In this document: positions 1 through 10,070 of the stretch, piece after piece | How the letters are laid out: each line of letters opens with the position of its first letter | How positions within the stretch are numbered: the first letter of the stretch is position 1 | Made by a program: the position numbers and the translations under genes | DNA from: an uncultured Actinomycetes bacterium | Lineage (GTDB): Bacteria; Actinomycetota; Thermoleophilia; Solirubrobacterales; 70-9 | Assembly: GCA_963793785.1 (NCBI GenBank) | Contig: CAWCBH010000005.1 | Span: 8,081-72,080, forward strand | Length of the DNA: 64,000 nt | Direction of reading: 5' to 3' | The notes under the pieces: generated by a model | The model's database searches: none | What the model saw: the letters and a program-made list of their open reading frames with translations, nothing else | Told to the model about the DNA's origin: nothing

Positions 1-293
1 ACGCGGCCTGGTCGGCGGCGGTTGCCGAGATCGTCGATCCGTGGGATCGCAACCCGATCCTCGCCCGGATGGAGGCCAACCGTGTTGCGCACCTGGCGGG
101 AGACATCCGCAACGCGAAGGAGCTGGAGGAGATGCAGGAGCGCCGCGCCGAGCAGGAGCGGCTGCTGATGGCGATGCTCGGGTCGAGCGCCTTCGCGTTC
201 GCCGAGCGGCTGGCGCGGCTGCGCCAGCGCGGTCCGCTGACCTACTCCCGCGCCCAGGTCAAGCGGGCGCTCGGGCTCAGCGACGACGACTGA
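1..293 (+). CDS. 3' end of a CDS entering from upstream of the window (product unknown, charged coiled-coil tail)
   Basis: Frame 3 is open from base 3 to TGA at 291-293 with high GC3. The tail (...DIRNAKELEEMQERRAEQERLL...FAERLARLRQRG) resembles the C-terminal tail of the neighbouring glycosyltransferase-like gene. Confidence 0.45.
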   Translation, partial: AAWSAAVAEIVDPWDRNPILARMEANRVAHLAGDIRNAKELEEMQERRAEQERLLMAMLGSSAFAFAERLARLRQRGPLTYSRAQVKRALGLSDDD

Positions 294-1179
294 TCCAGCG
301 CCGCTTGATCGCCCGCAGCGGCGCCGTCATCCGCCAGGAGAGGCTGGTGCGCATCTCCGTCAGCTCCCGCTCCAGCGTCGCCGCACGAGCGTCGCTCAGC
401 AGCTCGGTCCCGTGGGCGAGGGTGCGGGCGGCCGAGGCCTCCGCCTCGGCGCGCCGGGCCCGCTGCTTCCAGTCGGGCCCGCCGGCGCCGTTGTCCTCGA
501 TGCGGCCGTCCCATTTCTCCGCCAGCCGCATGTGCGCCTCGATCCAGGTCTCGACCTCGCTGATCAGATCCAGCGAGTGGTGGTGGACGGCGCGCAGGTC
601 GGCCGTCACCACCTTCTTGCCGGCCGCGCGGGCCTGCAGGCAGATGTCGAAGTCGTAGCCGTGCAGATGGCCGAGCGACTCGTCGAAGCGCAGCTCCCGC
701 ACCGCCCACGGAGACATCGCCATCACGAAGCCGTCGATCGCGTCGACCTCGCCGGTGCGGGCATAGGGCGGGATCTCCTCGGCCAGCCAGGTGGTGGCCG
801 GGATCTCGCCCCCGCCCAGCTCCGCGAAGCGGTGGCTGAACGAGGCCCAGGTCACCGAGCCCTCCCACCAGGCGATGCTGCGAACGCCGATCGCCCCCGC
901 CGAGCCGACCAGCGCCACATCGGGATCGGCTAGCGCCTCCCGGACCTTGGTGCAGAAGCCGGGATCGACGATCTCGGCGTCTTGGTGGACGAGGACCAGC
1001 GCCTCGAGATCCTGCTGGTCAGAGACCTGGTCCAGGAGCGTGTTGTAGTTGCGGAAGATCGATCCCGCGCTGCCGTGGGCGAGGACCAGCGAGTCGGGCT
1101 CGGCGGCGAGGCGGATGCCCGGCTCGGCGTAGGCCCGATAGGTCTCCACGGAGGTGATTGCGCAGCCGAAAGCGATCAA
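277..1179 (-). CDS. glycosyltransferase-like protein with C-terminal coiled-coil tail
   Basis: 300-aa ORF with a TTG start. The N-terminal block IAFGCAITSVETYRAYAEPGI and the motifs VHQDAEI, IDGFVMAM and GYDFDICLQ are typical of glycosyltransferase-like proteins in polysaccharide clusters. It ends with the SWRMTAPLR tail motif. Confidence 0.6.
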   Translation of the reverse strand: MIAFGCAITSVETYRAYAEPGIRLAAEPDSLVLAHGSAGSIFRNYNTLLDQVSDQQDLEALVLVHQDAEIVDPGFCTKVREALADPDVALVGSAGAIGVRSIAWWEGSVTWASFSHRFAELGGGEIPATTWLAEEIPPYARTGEVDAIDGFVMAMSPWAVRELRFDESLGHLHGYDFDICLQARAAGKKVVTADLRAVHHHSLDLISEVETWIEAHMRLAEKWDGRIEDNGAGGPDWKQRARRAEAEASAARTLAHGTELLSDARAATLERELTEMRTSLSWRMTAPLRAIKRRWISRRR

Positions 1180-1338
1180 GCGCGGATCGAAGATACCGCT
1201 CTGCGGGCACTAGACTCGGCAAACCTGCGAGCAGCCGCCAGCGAGACCCAAGCCGATTCAGAGTCCCGGTCGCTCGCGGGAGAGAGGTCCCTGTCGAGTG
1301 TCGGCGGCCGCGACATCCGCGCTCGCCGCGCTCCACTG

Positions 1339-2751
1339 ATGCTGAGGCTCGCCGGCCGTGAAGGCCTGCGCATCCTCGCCCGCAGCCTTGCGCTGGCGAC
1401 ACTCGACCTGATCGGCGTCGCCGCCGCGATCCTCTCCGCTTCCGGCATCGCAGAGCTGCTCGGCGGCGGCCTCGACCTCGGGGTGGCGCTCGACGACGCC
1501 GTCGACTACACGCCCTTTGCGTTCCTGGTCACGCTGCTGCTGTTCACCCGCGCCGGGCTCTACGGATCGCGGGAGACGCGGCCAGGCTTCGCTCGCGTCG
1601 TCGCAGTCCTCTTTCAGGTGGCGCTGATCGTCGCCCTCGCGGCGCTCGTCAGCGGCGCCGATCCCTCGACCTATTGGCTCGCCGCGGGGGGCTTCGGCTT
1701 CGCCGCCATCTACGTCTGCGGCCTGCGCTTCGCCTATGAGTCCTACACCGGATGGCTGCTCAACTCGCTCGGTTTCCGGCGCCGCGCGGCGCTGGTCGGC
1801 ACCTCGCGCCGGATCGCCGCCGTGGCGAGCGCGCTGGAGGAGAGCACTCGCGACCGCTACGAGCTGGTCGGTTTCTTCGGCCTCGACGGTTCCGGCGAAA
1901 GTCAGCTTCGCGACCTCGGCGAGCTCGAAAAGCTCCCCCGGCGCCTCGAGCAGCACTCGATCGAGGAGGTGATCGTCACCGACCCCGACTTCCCCCAGGA
2001 TCGCGCCGTGGCGCTGATCGACTGCTGCCAGGCCCGCGGGGTCCGGGTCCGGATCGCGCCGACGACGATGGAGCTGCTGACGCGGGGCTCGCAGCTGGTG
2101 CCGGCCGCCGGGGTGCCGCTGTTCGAGGTCCGCCCGCCGGTGTTCGAAGGCTTTGACTTCGCGGTCAAGCGCAGCTTCGACTTCTTGATCGCCGGCCTCG
2201 GCCTGTTGGCGATCTCGCCGTTGCTGGCCACGATCGCGCTGGCCGTGAAGGCGACCAGCCGCGGCCCGGTGCTGCACCGCAGCCCCCGGCCGGGGATCGG
2301 CGGGCGTCCCTTCCGGTGTCTGAAGTTCCGCACCATGTACGTCGACGCGGAATCCCATCAAGGGGAGCTGGAGCATCTCAACGAGGCTTCGGGCGCGATC
2401 TTCAAGATTCGCGACGACCCGCGGCTTACCCCGATCGGCCGCTTCCTGCGGCGCAACTCCCTCGACGAGCTGCCGCAGCTGCTCAACGTGCTCCGCGGCG
2501 AGATGAGCCTCGTCGGCCCGCGGCCGCTGCCGCTCCGCGACCACGCCCGACTCGAGGATTGGCACCGGCGCCGCTACCTGGTCCTGCCCGGGATCACCGG
2601 CCTCTGGCAGGTCTCGGGGCGTTCCAACCTCGATTTCGACGACATGGTGCGGCTCGACTTCCTTTACCTGGAGCGCTGGTCGGTCCTGCTCGACCTGACG
2701 ATCCTGCTCAAGACCGTGCCCGCAGTGATCCGCCGTCGCGGCGCCTACTGA
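1339..2751 (+). CDS. polyprenyl glycosylphosphotransferase (WbaP/CpsE-type bacterial sugar transferase)
   Basis: The C-terminal domain matches the bacterial sugar transferase family: KRSFDFLIAGLGLLAISPLL...GPVLHRSPRPGIGGRPFRCLKFRTM...DPRLTPIGRFLRRNSLDELPQLLNVLRGEMSLVGPRP. TM helices lie N-terminal to it. ATG 1339 was chosen because the upstream part of the 982..2751 ORF overlaps the gene on the other strand. Confidence 0.9.
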   Translation: MLRLAGREGLRILARSLALATLDLIGVAAAILSASGIAELLGGGLDLGVALDDAVDYTPFAFLVTLLLFTRAGLYGSRETRPGFARVVAVLFQVALIVALAALVSGADPSTYWLAAGGFGFAAIYVCGLRFAYESYTGWLLNSLGFRRRAALVGTSRRIAAVASALEESTRDRYELVGFFGLDGSGESQLRDLGELEKLPRRLEQHSIEEVIVTDPDFPQDRAVALIDCCQARGVRVRIAPTTMELLTRGSQLVPAAGVPLFEVRPPVFEGFDFAVKRSFDFLIAGLGLLAISPLLATIALAVKATSRGPVLHRSPRPGIGGRPFRCLKFRTMYVDAESHQGELEHLNEASGAIFKIRDDPRLTPIGRFLRRNSLDELPQLLNVLRGEMSLVGPRPLPLRDHARLEDWHRRRYLVLPGITGLWQVSGRSNLDFDDMVRLDFLYLERWSVLLDLTILLKTVPAVIRRRGAY

Positions 2752-2761
2752 GGCGCGCCGG

Positions 2762-3988
2762 GTGCGGATCGCCTACCTCGTCTCGCTCTACCCTGCCGTC
2801 TCGCACTCCTTCCTGGCGCGCGAGGTGAGCTCGCTGCGCCGGCTGGGGGTCGAGGTGCAGACCGTCTCGATCCGCCGCCCCCAGGTGCGCGATCTGCTCA
2901 CCGATGACGACCACGCCGAAGCGGGGCGAACCGCCTTCATCCTGCCCGCCGGCCCGGTCCGGCTCGCGACCGCCCACGCGGCAGAGCTCCTGCGCGGGCC
3001 ACTGCGCTATCTCACCACTCTGCGCGCCTCGCTGCGACTCTCCCAGCCGGGCCTGCGAGGGCGGCTGCTCGGGCTTGCCTACTTCGCGGAGGCGATCGTG
3101 CTGCGGCGGCTCTGCAGGGGGGCTGCGATCACCCACATCCACGCGACCCAGTTCGCCGACGGGACCGGGACCGTCGCCCTGCTTGCGGCCCACCGCACGC
3201 GCAGCGGCGGGCGCGACTGGTCCTGGAGCCTCGCCGTCCACGGCCCGGGCGAGTTCTACGAGGCGAGTCGTTACCGGCTGGCGGAGAAGGTTCGCGCCGC
3301 CGCCTTCACGGTTGCGGTCAGCGATTTCACCCGCAGCCAGCTGATGGCGCTGGTCGAGCCGCAGCAGTGGGACCGGGTCCGCGTCGTCCACATGGGGGTC
3401 GACCTCGGCCGCTACTCGATCCGCGAACGGCCGCCGCGACAGGGGGCGGACGTGCGCGTGCTCACGGTCGCCCGCCTGGTTCGCCACAAGGGCCAGGCGC
3501 TGCTGCTGCGGGCGCTGGCCCAGATCCGCGATCAGGGCCTGCCGCTGTCGACCTGGATCGTCGGCGAAGGCGAGGAGCGCCCGGCGCTGGAGGCGCTGAC
3601 GGCACAACTGGAACTCACCGGCCAGGTCGAGTTCTGCGGGGCGGTCGGCCAGGATCGCCTCCCCGACCTCTATGCGGAGGCCGACGTCTTCTGCCTGCCG
3701 ACGCTGGCGGAGGCGGTCGGCGTCGTCAACATGGAGGCGATGGCGACCGGCCTGCCGGTCGTCAGCTCGCGGCTGATGGGAATCCCGGAGCTGGTCGAGG
3801 ACGGGACGAGCGGCCTGCTGGTGGCCCCGGGCAGCGTCGCCGAGCTCGCCGACGCGCTCCGCCGGCTGGCCGGCGACCCCGACCTGCGGCGGCGGATGGG
3901 AGCGGCAGGGCGACGCCGGGTCGAGGCGGACTTCGACTCCGAAGTCGAAGCGGCGAAGCTACACAAGCTTCTCTCTGCGCTCGCGTAG
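2762..3988 (+). CDS. glycosyltransferase family 4 (GT-B, Glycos_transf_1 domain)
   Basis: GTG start. The C-terminal signature EAVGVVNMEAMATGLPVVSSRLMGIPELVEDGTSGLLVAPG is the EX7E region of retaining GT4 enzymes. Confidence 0.85.
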   Translation: MRIAYLVSLYPAVSHSFLAREVSSLRRLGVEVQTVSIRRPQVRDLLTDDDHAEAGRTAFILPAGPVRLATAHAAELLRGPLRYLTTLRASLRLSQPGLRGRLLGLAYFAEAIVLRRLCRGAAITHIHATQFADGTGTVALLAAHRTRSGGRDWSWSLAVHGPGEFYEASRYRLAEKVRAAAFTVAVSDFTRSQLMALVEPQQWDRVRVVHMGVDLGRYSIRERPPRQGADVRVLTVARLVRHKGQALLLRALAQIRDQGLPLSTWIVGEGEERPALEALTAQLELTGQVEFCGAVGQDRLPDLYAEADVFCLPTLAEAVGVVNMEAMATGLPVVSSRLMGIPELVEDGTSGLLVAPGSVAELADALRRLAGDPDLRRRMGAAGRRRVEADFDSEVEAAKLHKLLSALA

Positions 3989-4849
3989 GGCTTCCCGCGC
4001 GAAGCCGTAGAGGTTGGCCGCCTGCCATACCCCCAGCAGCGCCAAGCTCGCCGGGTCGCGGGCAGCGAGCGAGCGGCGGGCGGCGATCGCGAAGACCCCC
4101 GAGGTGAGGGCCGGCTCGAGGCGCCGGTTGCCGGTCCGCGATGCGCGCGCCCGCCGGTGCCTGCGGGCGCCGGCGCCGTAGGCCGCCTGCTGGCGCCAGA
4201 ACGCCCCCAGGTCGAGGGCATGGAAGTGGCGGACGACGGCGTCGGGAGCTGCGACCAGTCGCCAACCCTGTTCCAGCCAGCGCTCGCAGAGGTCGCGGTC
4301 CTCGCCGCCGGCGAGGGGGAAGTCCTCCGCGAAGCCGCCCAGCCGGGCAAAGCCCTCCGCGGGGAGGGCGATGTTGCTGGACGCGAAGAACCGCGGTGCC
4401 CCCGGCCGCCGGTTGTGGTGCTCGAGCGCGGAGTCGGCGATCGTCTGCGCGGCCCGCGCGTAGGGGTTGTCGGGCAGCGCGTTGACGGTGCGGCCGCCGA
4501 GCAGCGCCTGCGGAGCCTGGCGATGGCGTTCCAGCAGCGCCGCCGCCCAGCCGGGCTCGGGCTCGCAGTCGTCGTCTGTGAAGGCGAGCAGGGCGGCCGC
4601 GGCCGCTGCGGCGCCGGCATTGCGGGCGGCCGCCGGGCCTGCGCCGCCGCTGCGGACCACTCGCACCGCGACCCCGGAGCCGGCCGCCGCCTGCGCCTCG
4701 GCGCTGTCGACGTCGCCGCCGTCGTCGGCGATCACGACCTCGACCCCGGCCGCCGGCGGGACCGCCCGCCCGAGTGCTGCCAGGCAGGCCCGCAGGCGCT
4801 CGGGACGGTTGCGGGTCGGGACGACCACCGAGAGCCGCGGCTCGCTCAT
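3959..4849 (-). CDS. glycosyltransferase family 2
   Basis: Begins [26 protein letters not shown]...[11 protein letters not shown] 4849 overlaps the stop of the upstream GT26 gene as ATGA. The 3' end overlaps the convergent GT4 gene by 30 nt. Confidence 0.8.
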   Translation of the reverse strand: MSEPRLSVVVPTRNRPERLRACLAALGRAVPPAAGVEVVIADDGGDVDSAEAQAAAGSGVAVRVVRSGGAGPAAARNAGAAAAAAALLAFTDDDCEPEPGWAAALLERHRQAPQALLGGRTVNALPDNPYARAAQTIADSALEHHNRRPGAPRFFASSNIALPAEGFARLGGFAEDFPLAGGEDRDLCERWLEQGWRLVAAPDAVVRHFHALDLGAFWRQQAAYGAGARRHRRARASRTGNRRLEPALTSGVFAIAARRSLAARDPASLALLGVWQAANLYGFAREALRERREKLV

Positions 4850-5607
4850 CGTTCTCGCAGCCACTGGCGAGCCCACTGGGCGAGGAAGGCCGGGTTGTCG
4901 CGCAGATAGCGCGGCGCCAGCCGCCGCGGCTCGCTGCGCAGCCGATACAGCCACTCCAGGCCTCGGCTTCGCATCCAGGCCGGCGCCTGCGGCACAACCC
5001 CGGCGTGAAAGTCGAATGCGGCCCCGACACCGATCAGCACCGGCACCCGCAGGCGCGAACGCATCCGCGCCATCCAGATCTCCTGCCGCGGCGATCCGAG
5101 GCCGACCCAGACGATGTCGGCGCCGCTGCCGTCGATCGCCACCGCCACCTCACTCTCCTCCGCGGCGGAGAGGGGCCGGAAGGGCGGCGTCCAGTGGCCG
5201 GCGATCGCGATCCCCGGGAAGCGCTCCCGGAGCCTCGCTTTCAGCCTCATGGTCGCCTCGCGGTCGCGACCCCCGTAGAGAAAGTGGCGGGCGCCGGTGC
5301 GCAGCGAGCGCTCGCACTCGATCAGCATCAGGTCGGGGCCGTAAACGCGGTCGGCGATCTGCTCGCCCAGCGATCGCAGCGCCCAGACGATCGGCATTCC
5401 GTCCGCGACGGTCAGGGTGGCGCCGGAGAGGGCCGCCAGCGCCTGCGGATCGCGGCGCGCGTTCATCAGCGTGTTGACCGCCGCGTGGCAGACGTAGCCG
5501 CGCTCGCCCGCTTCGATCATCGTCTCGATCCGCGCCACGGTCTCGGCGTAGTCGACGACCGCGAGCTCGACGCCGAGCAGGTTTCGGGTGCGCGGCGGGC
5601 GGCTCAA
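4846..5607 (-). CDS. WecG/TagA/CpsF-family glycosyltransferase (GT26)
   Basis: Matches the family over its full length: [15 protein letters not shown]...[11 protein letters not shown]...ADGMPIVWA...FLYGG...[16 protein letters not shown]...[12 protein letters not shown]...[16 protein letters not shown]. Confidence 0.9.
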   Translation of the reverse strand: MSRPPRTRNLLGVELAVVDYAETVARIETMIEAGERGYVCHAAVNTLMNARRDPQALAALSGATLTVADGMPIVWALRSLGEQIADRVYGPDLMLIECERSLRTGARHFLYGGRDREATMRLKARLRERFPGIAIAGHWTPPFRPLSAAEESEVAVAIDGSGADIVWVGLGSPRQEIWMARMRSRLRVPVLIGVGAAFDFHAGVVPQAPAWMRSRGLEWLYRLRSEPRRLAPRYLRDNPAFLAQWARQWLRER

Positions 5608-5631
5608 GGGCCGCGATTATCCTTCTCGGCC

Positions 5632-7317
5632 ATGGCTACGCGCAACGGCGCCCGCTCCGGCGAGGAGGCGCATTCCTCGATCGCTCCGCTGGTCGGCGCC
5701 GACGACGAGCGCGTCTTCACCGACTCCGGGATCGAGATCGAGCGTCTCTATGCGGAGGACGACGTCGCCCCCGGCCTCGCCGACCGGCTCGGCGAGCCCG
5801 GCGATTACCCGTTCACCCGCGGCATTCACCCGGGCATGTACCGCGACCGGCTCTGGACGATGCGCCAATACGCGGGCTTCGCGTCTCCGGAGGACACAAA
5901 CGAGCGCTACCGCTATCTGACCGAGCACGGCTCCACCGGACTCTCGATGGCCTTCGACTTGCCGACTCAGCTCGGCCGCGACTCCGACGACCCCTTGTGT
6001 CGTGGGGAGGTCGGGCGCACGGGGGTCCCGATCGACACGATCGAAGACATGCGGATCTGCTTCGACCAGATTCCTCTCGACGGGGTCTCGACCTCGATGA
6101 CGATCAACGCTCCGGCGGCGATCCTGCTGTTGCTCTACGAGCTGGTCGGCGAAGAGCAGGGCGTCTCCGCGGAGAAGCTGCGCGGCACGGTGCAGAACGA
6201 CGTCCTCAAGGAGTACATGGCGCGCGGCAACTACATCTACCCACCGGAGCCGACGATGCGGCTGACCACCGACATCTTCGAGTACTGCCGCGACCGGGTG
6301 CCGAAGTGGAACACGATCTCGATCTCCGGCTACCACATCCGCGAGAAGGGCTGCTCCGCCGTTCAGGAGGTCGCCTTCACCCTCTGCAATGCGATCGCCT
6401 ACGTCGAGGCGGCGCTGGACCGGGGCCTGAAGATCGACGAGTTCGCGCCGCGGCTGGCCTTCTTCTTCAACTGCCACAACAACGTCTTCCAGGAGATCGC
6501 CAAGTTCCGGGCCGTGCGGCGGATGTGGGCCGAGCTCGTCCGCGAGCGTTTCGGGGCCGAGTCGGAGGCGTCGATGAAGATCCGCTTCCACACCCAGACC
6601 GGGGGGGTCACCCTGCAGGCCCAACAGCCGGAGGTCAACATCATTCGCGTCGCCCTGCAGGGCTTCGCCGCCGTCTGCGGCGGCACCCAGTCGCTGCACA
6701 CCAACGGCTTCGACGAGGCGCTGGCGCTGCCGACCGAGCGCTCGGCACGGATCGCGCTGCGCACCCAGCAGGTGCTGGCGCACGAATCGGGCGCCGCCGA
6801 CAGCGTCGATCCGTTCGCGGGCTCCTACTTCGTCGAGTCGCTGACCGACGAGATCGAGCGCCGGGCCCGCGAGCTGATGGCCAAGGTGGAGGAGCTGGGC
6901 GGCTCGGTCGAGGCGCTGGACTTCATGCAGCGCGAGATCGAGGAGTCCGCGCTCTCCTACCACGAGCGCTACCGGACCGGCCAGGACATCGTCGTCGGGG
7001 TCAACAAGTACGTCACCGACCAGGTCGACGACGTCGACATCCTCAAGGTCGATCCGGAGGCCGAGCAGCGACAGCTCACGCGGCTGAAGAAGTTCAAGGA
7101 GTCCCGCGACGGCGCCGCTGTCGAGGCCAAGCTGGAGGCCCTGCGAGAGACCGCGCGCGCAGGGAGCGCAGCGACTGGTGCGAGCCCGGCGAAGCCGGGC
7201 GAGGGCAACCTGCTGCACCCGATTCGCGACGCGCTCGCCGCCGACGCCTCGATCGGCGAGGTCTGCGGGGCGATGCGCGACGTCTTCGGGGAGTACAGCG
7301 GGGGCGCGTTCTTCTAG
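5632..7317 (+). CDS. methylmalonyl-CoA mutase-family large (catalytic) subunit, without a B12-binding domain
   Basis: Motifs: [46 protein letters not shown]...[51 protein letters not shown] 5632 is the first start after the convergent gene ends. The protein ends about 560 aa in, before any DxHxxG cobalamin domain. Confidence 0.9.
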   Translation: MATRNGARSGEEAHSSIAPLVGADDERVFTDSGIEIERLYAEDDVAPGLADRLGEPGDYPFTRGIHPGMYRDRLWTMRQYAGFASPEDTNERYRYLTEHGSTGLSMAFDLPTQLGRDSDDPLCRGEVGRTGVPIDTIEDMRICFDQIPLDGVSTSMTINAPAAILLLLYELVGEEQGVSAEKLRGTVQNDVLKEYMARGNYIYPPEPTMRLTTDIFEYCRDRVPKWNTISISGYHIREKGCSAVQEVAFTLCNAIAYVEAALDRGLKIDEFAPRLAFFFNCHNNVFQEIAKFRAVRRMWAELVRERFGAESEASMKIRFHTQTGGVTLQAQQPEVNIIRVALQGFAAVCGGTQSLHTNGFDEALALPTERSARIALRTQQVLAHESGAADSVDPFAGSYFVESLTDEIERRARELMAKVEELGGSVEALDFMQREIEESALSYHERYRTGQDIVVGVNKYVTDQVDDVDILKVDPEAEQRQLTRLKKFKESRDGAAVEAKLEALRETARAGSAATGASPAKPGEGNLLHPIRDALAADASIGEVCGAMRDVFGEYSGGAFF

Positions 7318-8523
7318 GTGCAGGCAACTCCGTCGCGGCCGGCGCCCGCTGCGGTCGCACCCCCGCCCGGGCATCCCCGCTTTCCGTTGTTTGATGCGAT
7401 TCGCGCCTTCGCCGCGCTCAGCATCGTGTTGGTCCACGTGGCGATCTTCTCCGGGGCGTTGAACGACGCCCCCTACCGGAACCTCGTCGCCCATCTTGAT
7501 ATCGGCGTGACGATCTTCTTCCTGCTCTCGGGCTTCCTGCTCTACCGCCCCTTCGTCGCCGCCCGCATTCTCGGCTCGGCGGGGGTGCGGCTGCGCGACT
7601 ACGGGCGCCGTCGCTTCCTCCGCATCGCACCCGCCTACTGGCTTGCCTTGACCGCCCTGGCGATCTTCCCGGGGCTCGATGCCGTATTCAGTGGCGACTG
7701 GTGGGTCTACTACGGATTGCTCCAGAACTACCCGATCTACACGCCCGAGGCCGAGTGCACGAGCTTCAACTTCGGCTGCGGCATCGCCCCGACCTGGACG
7801 CTCGCGATCGAAATCGGCTTCTACGTGATGCTGCCTTTCTTCGCCCTGGCGATGGCCCGCATCGCACCCCGTGGTCGCGACGGCCGCTGGCCGCACGTCG
7901 AGCTGGCGGTCCTCGCGGCCCTGGCCGGCGTCTCCGTCTGGATCCAAAGCTTCAACCTGATCTCCGACCTCTCGATCTGGCTCTTCTTCTCGCCCCTCGG
8001 CCGCTTCTGGTGGTTCGCGCTCGGAATGGCGCTGGCGGTCGTGTCGGTCCGGGTTGCGCAGCGTGGGAGCGAACCGGCGATGCTGCGCTGGCTCGGCGAT
8101 CATCCGGGCCTGCTGTGGGCGGTGGCGCTGGCCCTCTACCTGGTTGCGAGCCTGTTCTGGCTCGAGCCCCGCCCGGCGCTGGCGGCGAGGGTCGGGATCT
8201 CGATGCTCGACTACCTCGGCGCCTACCTGCTGTTCGGTGTGATCGCGGCGCTGATCATCCTGCCGGCGGCTTTCGGCGACGCTCGTGGGGGCGCGCCGCG
8301 GCGGATACTCGCCAATCCGTTGCTGGCCTGGCTCGGCCTGATCTCCTACGGGATCTTTCTCTGGCACTACCCGATCATGCTCGGCCTGGTTGAGGGAGGC
8401 GTCAACGACTGGTGGCCGCAGATGGCCTTTCCGGTCCTCGCCACCGTGACCCTCGCGATCACCGTGTCCTGCGCCGCACTCAGCTACTACCTGGTCGAGA
8501 GGCCGCTGATGCGGCGCAAATAG
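7318..8523 (+). CDS. acyltransferase family 3 membrane protein
   Basis: GTG directly follows the mutase stop codon. Motifs FPLFDAIRAFAALSIVLVHV...IGVTIFFLLSGFLLYRPF, about 10 predicted TM helices and a C-terminal SYYLVERP motif. Confidence 0.85.
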   Translation: MQATPSRPAPAAVAPPPGHPRFPLFDAIRAFAALSIVLVHVAIFSGALNDAPYRNLVAHLDIGVTIFFLLSGFLLYRPFVAARILGSAGVRLRDYGRRRFLRIAPAYWLALTALAIFPGLDAVFSGDWWVYYGLLQNYPIYTPEAECTSFNFGCGIAPTWTLAIEIGFYVMLPFFALAMARIAPRGRDGRWPHVELAVLAALAGVSVWIQSFNLISDLSIWLFFSPLGRFWWFALGMALAVVSVRVAQRGSEPAMLRWLGDHPGLLWAVALALYLVASLFWLEPRPALAARVGISMLDYLGAYLLFGVIAALIILPAAFGDARGGAPRRILANPLLAWLGLISYGIFLWHYPIMLGLVEGGVNDWWPQMAFPVLATVTLAITVSCAALSYYLVERPLMRRK

Positions 8524-8525
8524 CC

Positions 8526-10070
8526 GTGCCACTCCGTCCCGTCCATCTGCTGGTCGCCGCGATCACAGCCGTCGGCGCGGCGTTGCGGCTGCTCGTGCTC
8601 GGGGAGAGCCCGTTCGGCGACGAGCTCTCGACCTACTGGATCGTCGCCTCCAACGGGATGGGCGGGGTCGTCGAGACCGTCCACAGCGACGCCGAGATCA
8701 CGCCGCCTCTGTATTTCATGCTCGCTGAACTGGCCACCCGGGTCGAGTTCACGCCGGAGATGCTGCGGGCGCCCTCGCTGGTTGCCGGCGTCGCCGCGAT
8801 CCCGCTCGTCTATGCGCTCGCCACTCGCACGGTCGGCGGGCGAGCCGGAATCGTGGCCGCCGCGCTGACCGCGCTGAGCCCGTTCATGATCTATTACTCG
8901 GCCGAGGCGAGGGGCTACCAGCTGATGATCGTGCTGGTCCTGCTCTCCACCCTGGCGCTGCTGAACGCGGTCGATCGTGGCGGAACCCGCTGGTGGGTCG
9001 GCTACGCGGTCTGCTCCTGCGCCGCCGCCTACACCCACTACACGGCCTTCTTCGCGCTCGGCGCCCAGTTCCTCTGGCTCCTCTGGGCTCACCCGCAGTC
9101 GTGGCGGCCGGCGCTGCTCGCCAACCTCGGCGCCGCCGCCGGGTTCGCCCCCTGGATCCCGGGGCTGTTGGCCGACTTCGACTCGCCGACCACCGACCTG
9201 CTCGCCCTGCTGGCGCCTTTCGAGCTGGACTCGATCGGCCCGACGCTTGGACACTGGTCGCTCGGCTACCCGTATCGGTTGGTTTCCCTGCGGACGCTGC
9301 CTGGAGATCTCGCTCTGGCGATGGCCGTCGCGGCGGTGGGGATCGCCGTCGTCTCGCTGGCGATCGCGGCTCGCGACCGCGGCCTGCCGCGTCGGATCGA
9401 CCGCCGGCTGGCGCTCATCGTGGTGTTGGCGCTCTCCGCCCCGCTGGGGCAATCGATCGTCAGCCTTTTCTCCAGCGACATCTTCGCCGTCCGCAGCATG
9501 GCCGTCTCCTGGCCGGCGTTCGCGATCGTCCTCGCGACCCTGGTGGCCGCCGCCCCGCGGCGGCTCTGGATTGCCTGCTCGGCCTTGGCGATCGCGGCCT
9601 TCGGGATCGGGGCCCTGAAGATGACCGAGACCGATTACCAGCGGCCAGACGCCGACGGCGTCGCGGAGTTGATCGAGCGCCGGGCCGCGCCGGACGACGT
9701 CGTCGTCGACGGCTTCGTCCTCAACTTCACCCCGGGCCCGGTCAGCCCTCTCGATGCGCAGCTCGACGGCGACTACACGGTCCTGCGTGCGGGGGCGCCG
9801 CAGCAGCGAGACCACCCGTTCAACGTCTTCGATCCGGTCGCCCCACCGGCTGAGGTCGCCCGCATCGCGGCCGCGGGTGCCAGGGGCAGCCGTCTGTTCG
9901 TGGTCACCTCCAAGCACGACGACGGCGGCTACGATCGCCACGTAGAGGCGGTTCTCGCCGCCCTGCCGGATCGATTTCGCCGCGTCGGCCAGCGGCCATA
10001 CCCGGGGCTCTATGACCTGGTCGCGCTCGTCTACCGCGACTCCGGCCCGAGCGTGACGGCGGGGAGCTAG
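8526..10070 (+). CDS. GT-C fold membrane glycosyltransferase (ArnT/PMT_2, GT39-like)
   Basis: GTG 8526 lies 3 nt after the previous stop. The N-terminal region GESPFGDELSTYWIV...TPPLYFMLAE...RAPSLVAGVAAIPLVYALA...LSPFMIYYSAEARGYQLMI is typical of ArnT-like dolichyl/undecaprenyl-phosphate-sugar-dependent transferases. Polytopic, with a soluble C-terminal domain. Confidence 0.7.
   Translation: MPLRPVHLLVAAITAVGAALRLLVLGESPFGDELSTYWIVASNGMGGVVETVHSDAEITPPLYFMLAELATRVEFTPEMLRAPSLVAGVAAIPLVYALATRTVGGRAGIVAAALTALSPFMIYYSAEARGYQLMIVLVLLSTLALLNAVDRGGTRWWVGYAVCSCAAAYTHYTAFFALGAQFLWLLWAHPQSWRPALLANLGAAAGFAPWIPGLLADFDSPTTDLLALLAPFELDSIGPTLGHWSLGYPYRLVSLRTLPGDLALAMAVAAVGIAVVSLAIAARDRGLPRRIDRRLALIVVLALSAPLGQSIVSLFSSDIFAVRSMAVSWPAFAIVLATLVAAAPRRLWIACSALAIAAFGIGALKMTETDYQRPDADGVAELIERRAAPDDVVVDGFVLNFTPGPVSPLDAQLDGDYTVLRAGAPQQRDHPFNVFDPVAPPAEVARIAAAGARGSRLFVVTSKHDDGGYDRHVEAVLAALPDRFRRVGQRPYPGLYDLVALVYRDSGPSVTAGS

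Noticed and set aside
5608-5631. A cobalamin riboswitch ahead of the methylmalonyl-CoA mutase gene.
   Set aside because: Only 24 nt separate the mutase ATG from the divergent GT26 start, far too little for a B12 element, and no B12-box-like sequence is visible.
5617-8532. A 971-aa ORF on the minus strand, the longest in the track. Similar long antisense ORFs include 1258..2565 (-), 20727..22631 (-), 38256..39668 (-), 44151..45308 (-), 45630..46763 (-), 49856..51367 (-) and 60383..62110 (-).
   Set aside because: Their products are Arg/Gly/Asp/Pro-rich and low-complexity. They lie exactly antisense to genes with unmistakable family motifs (mutase, sulfite reductase, sucD, helicase, pafBC). Stop-free antisense frames are expected in DNA this GC-rich.
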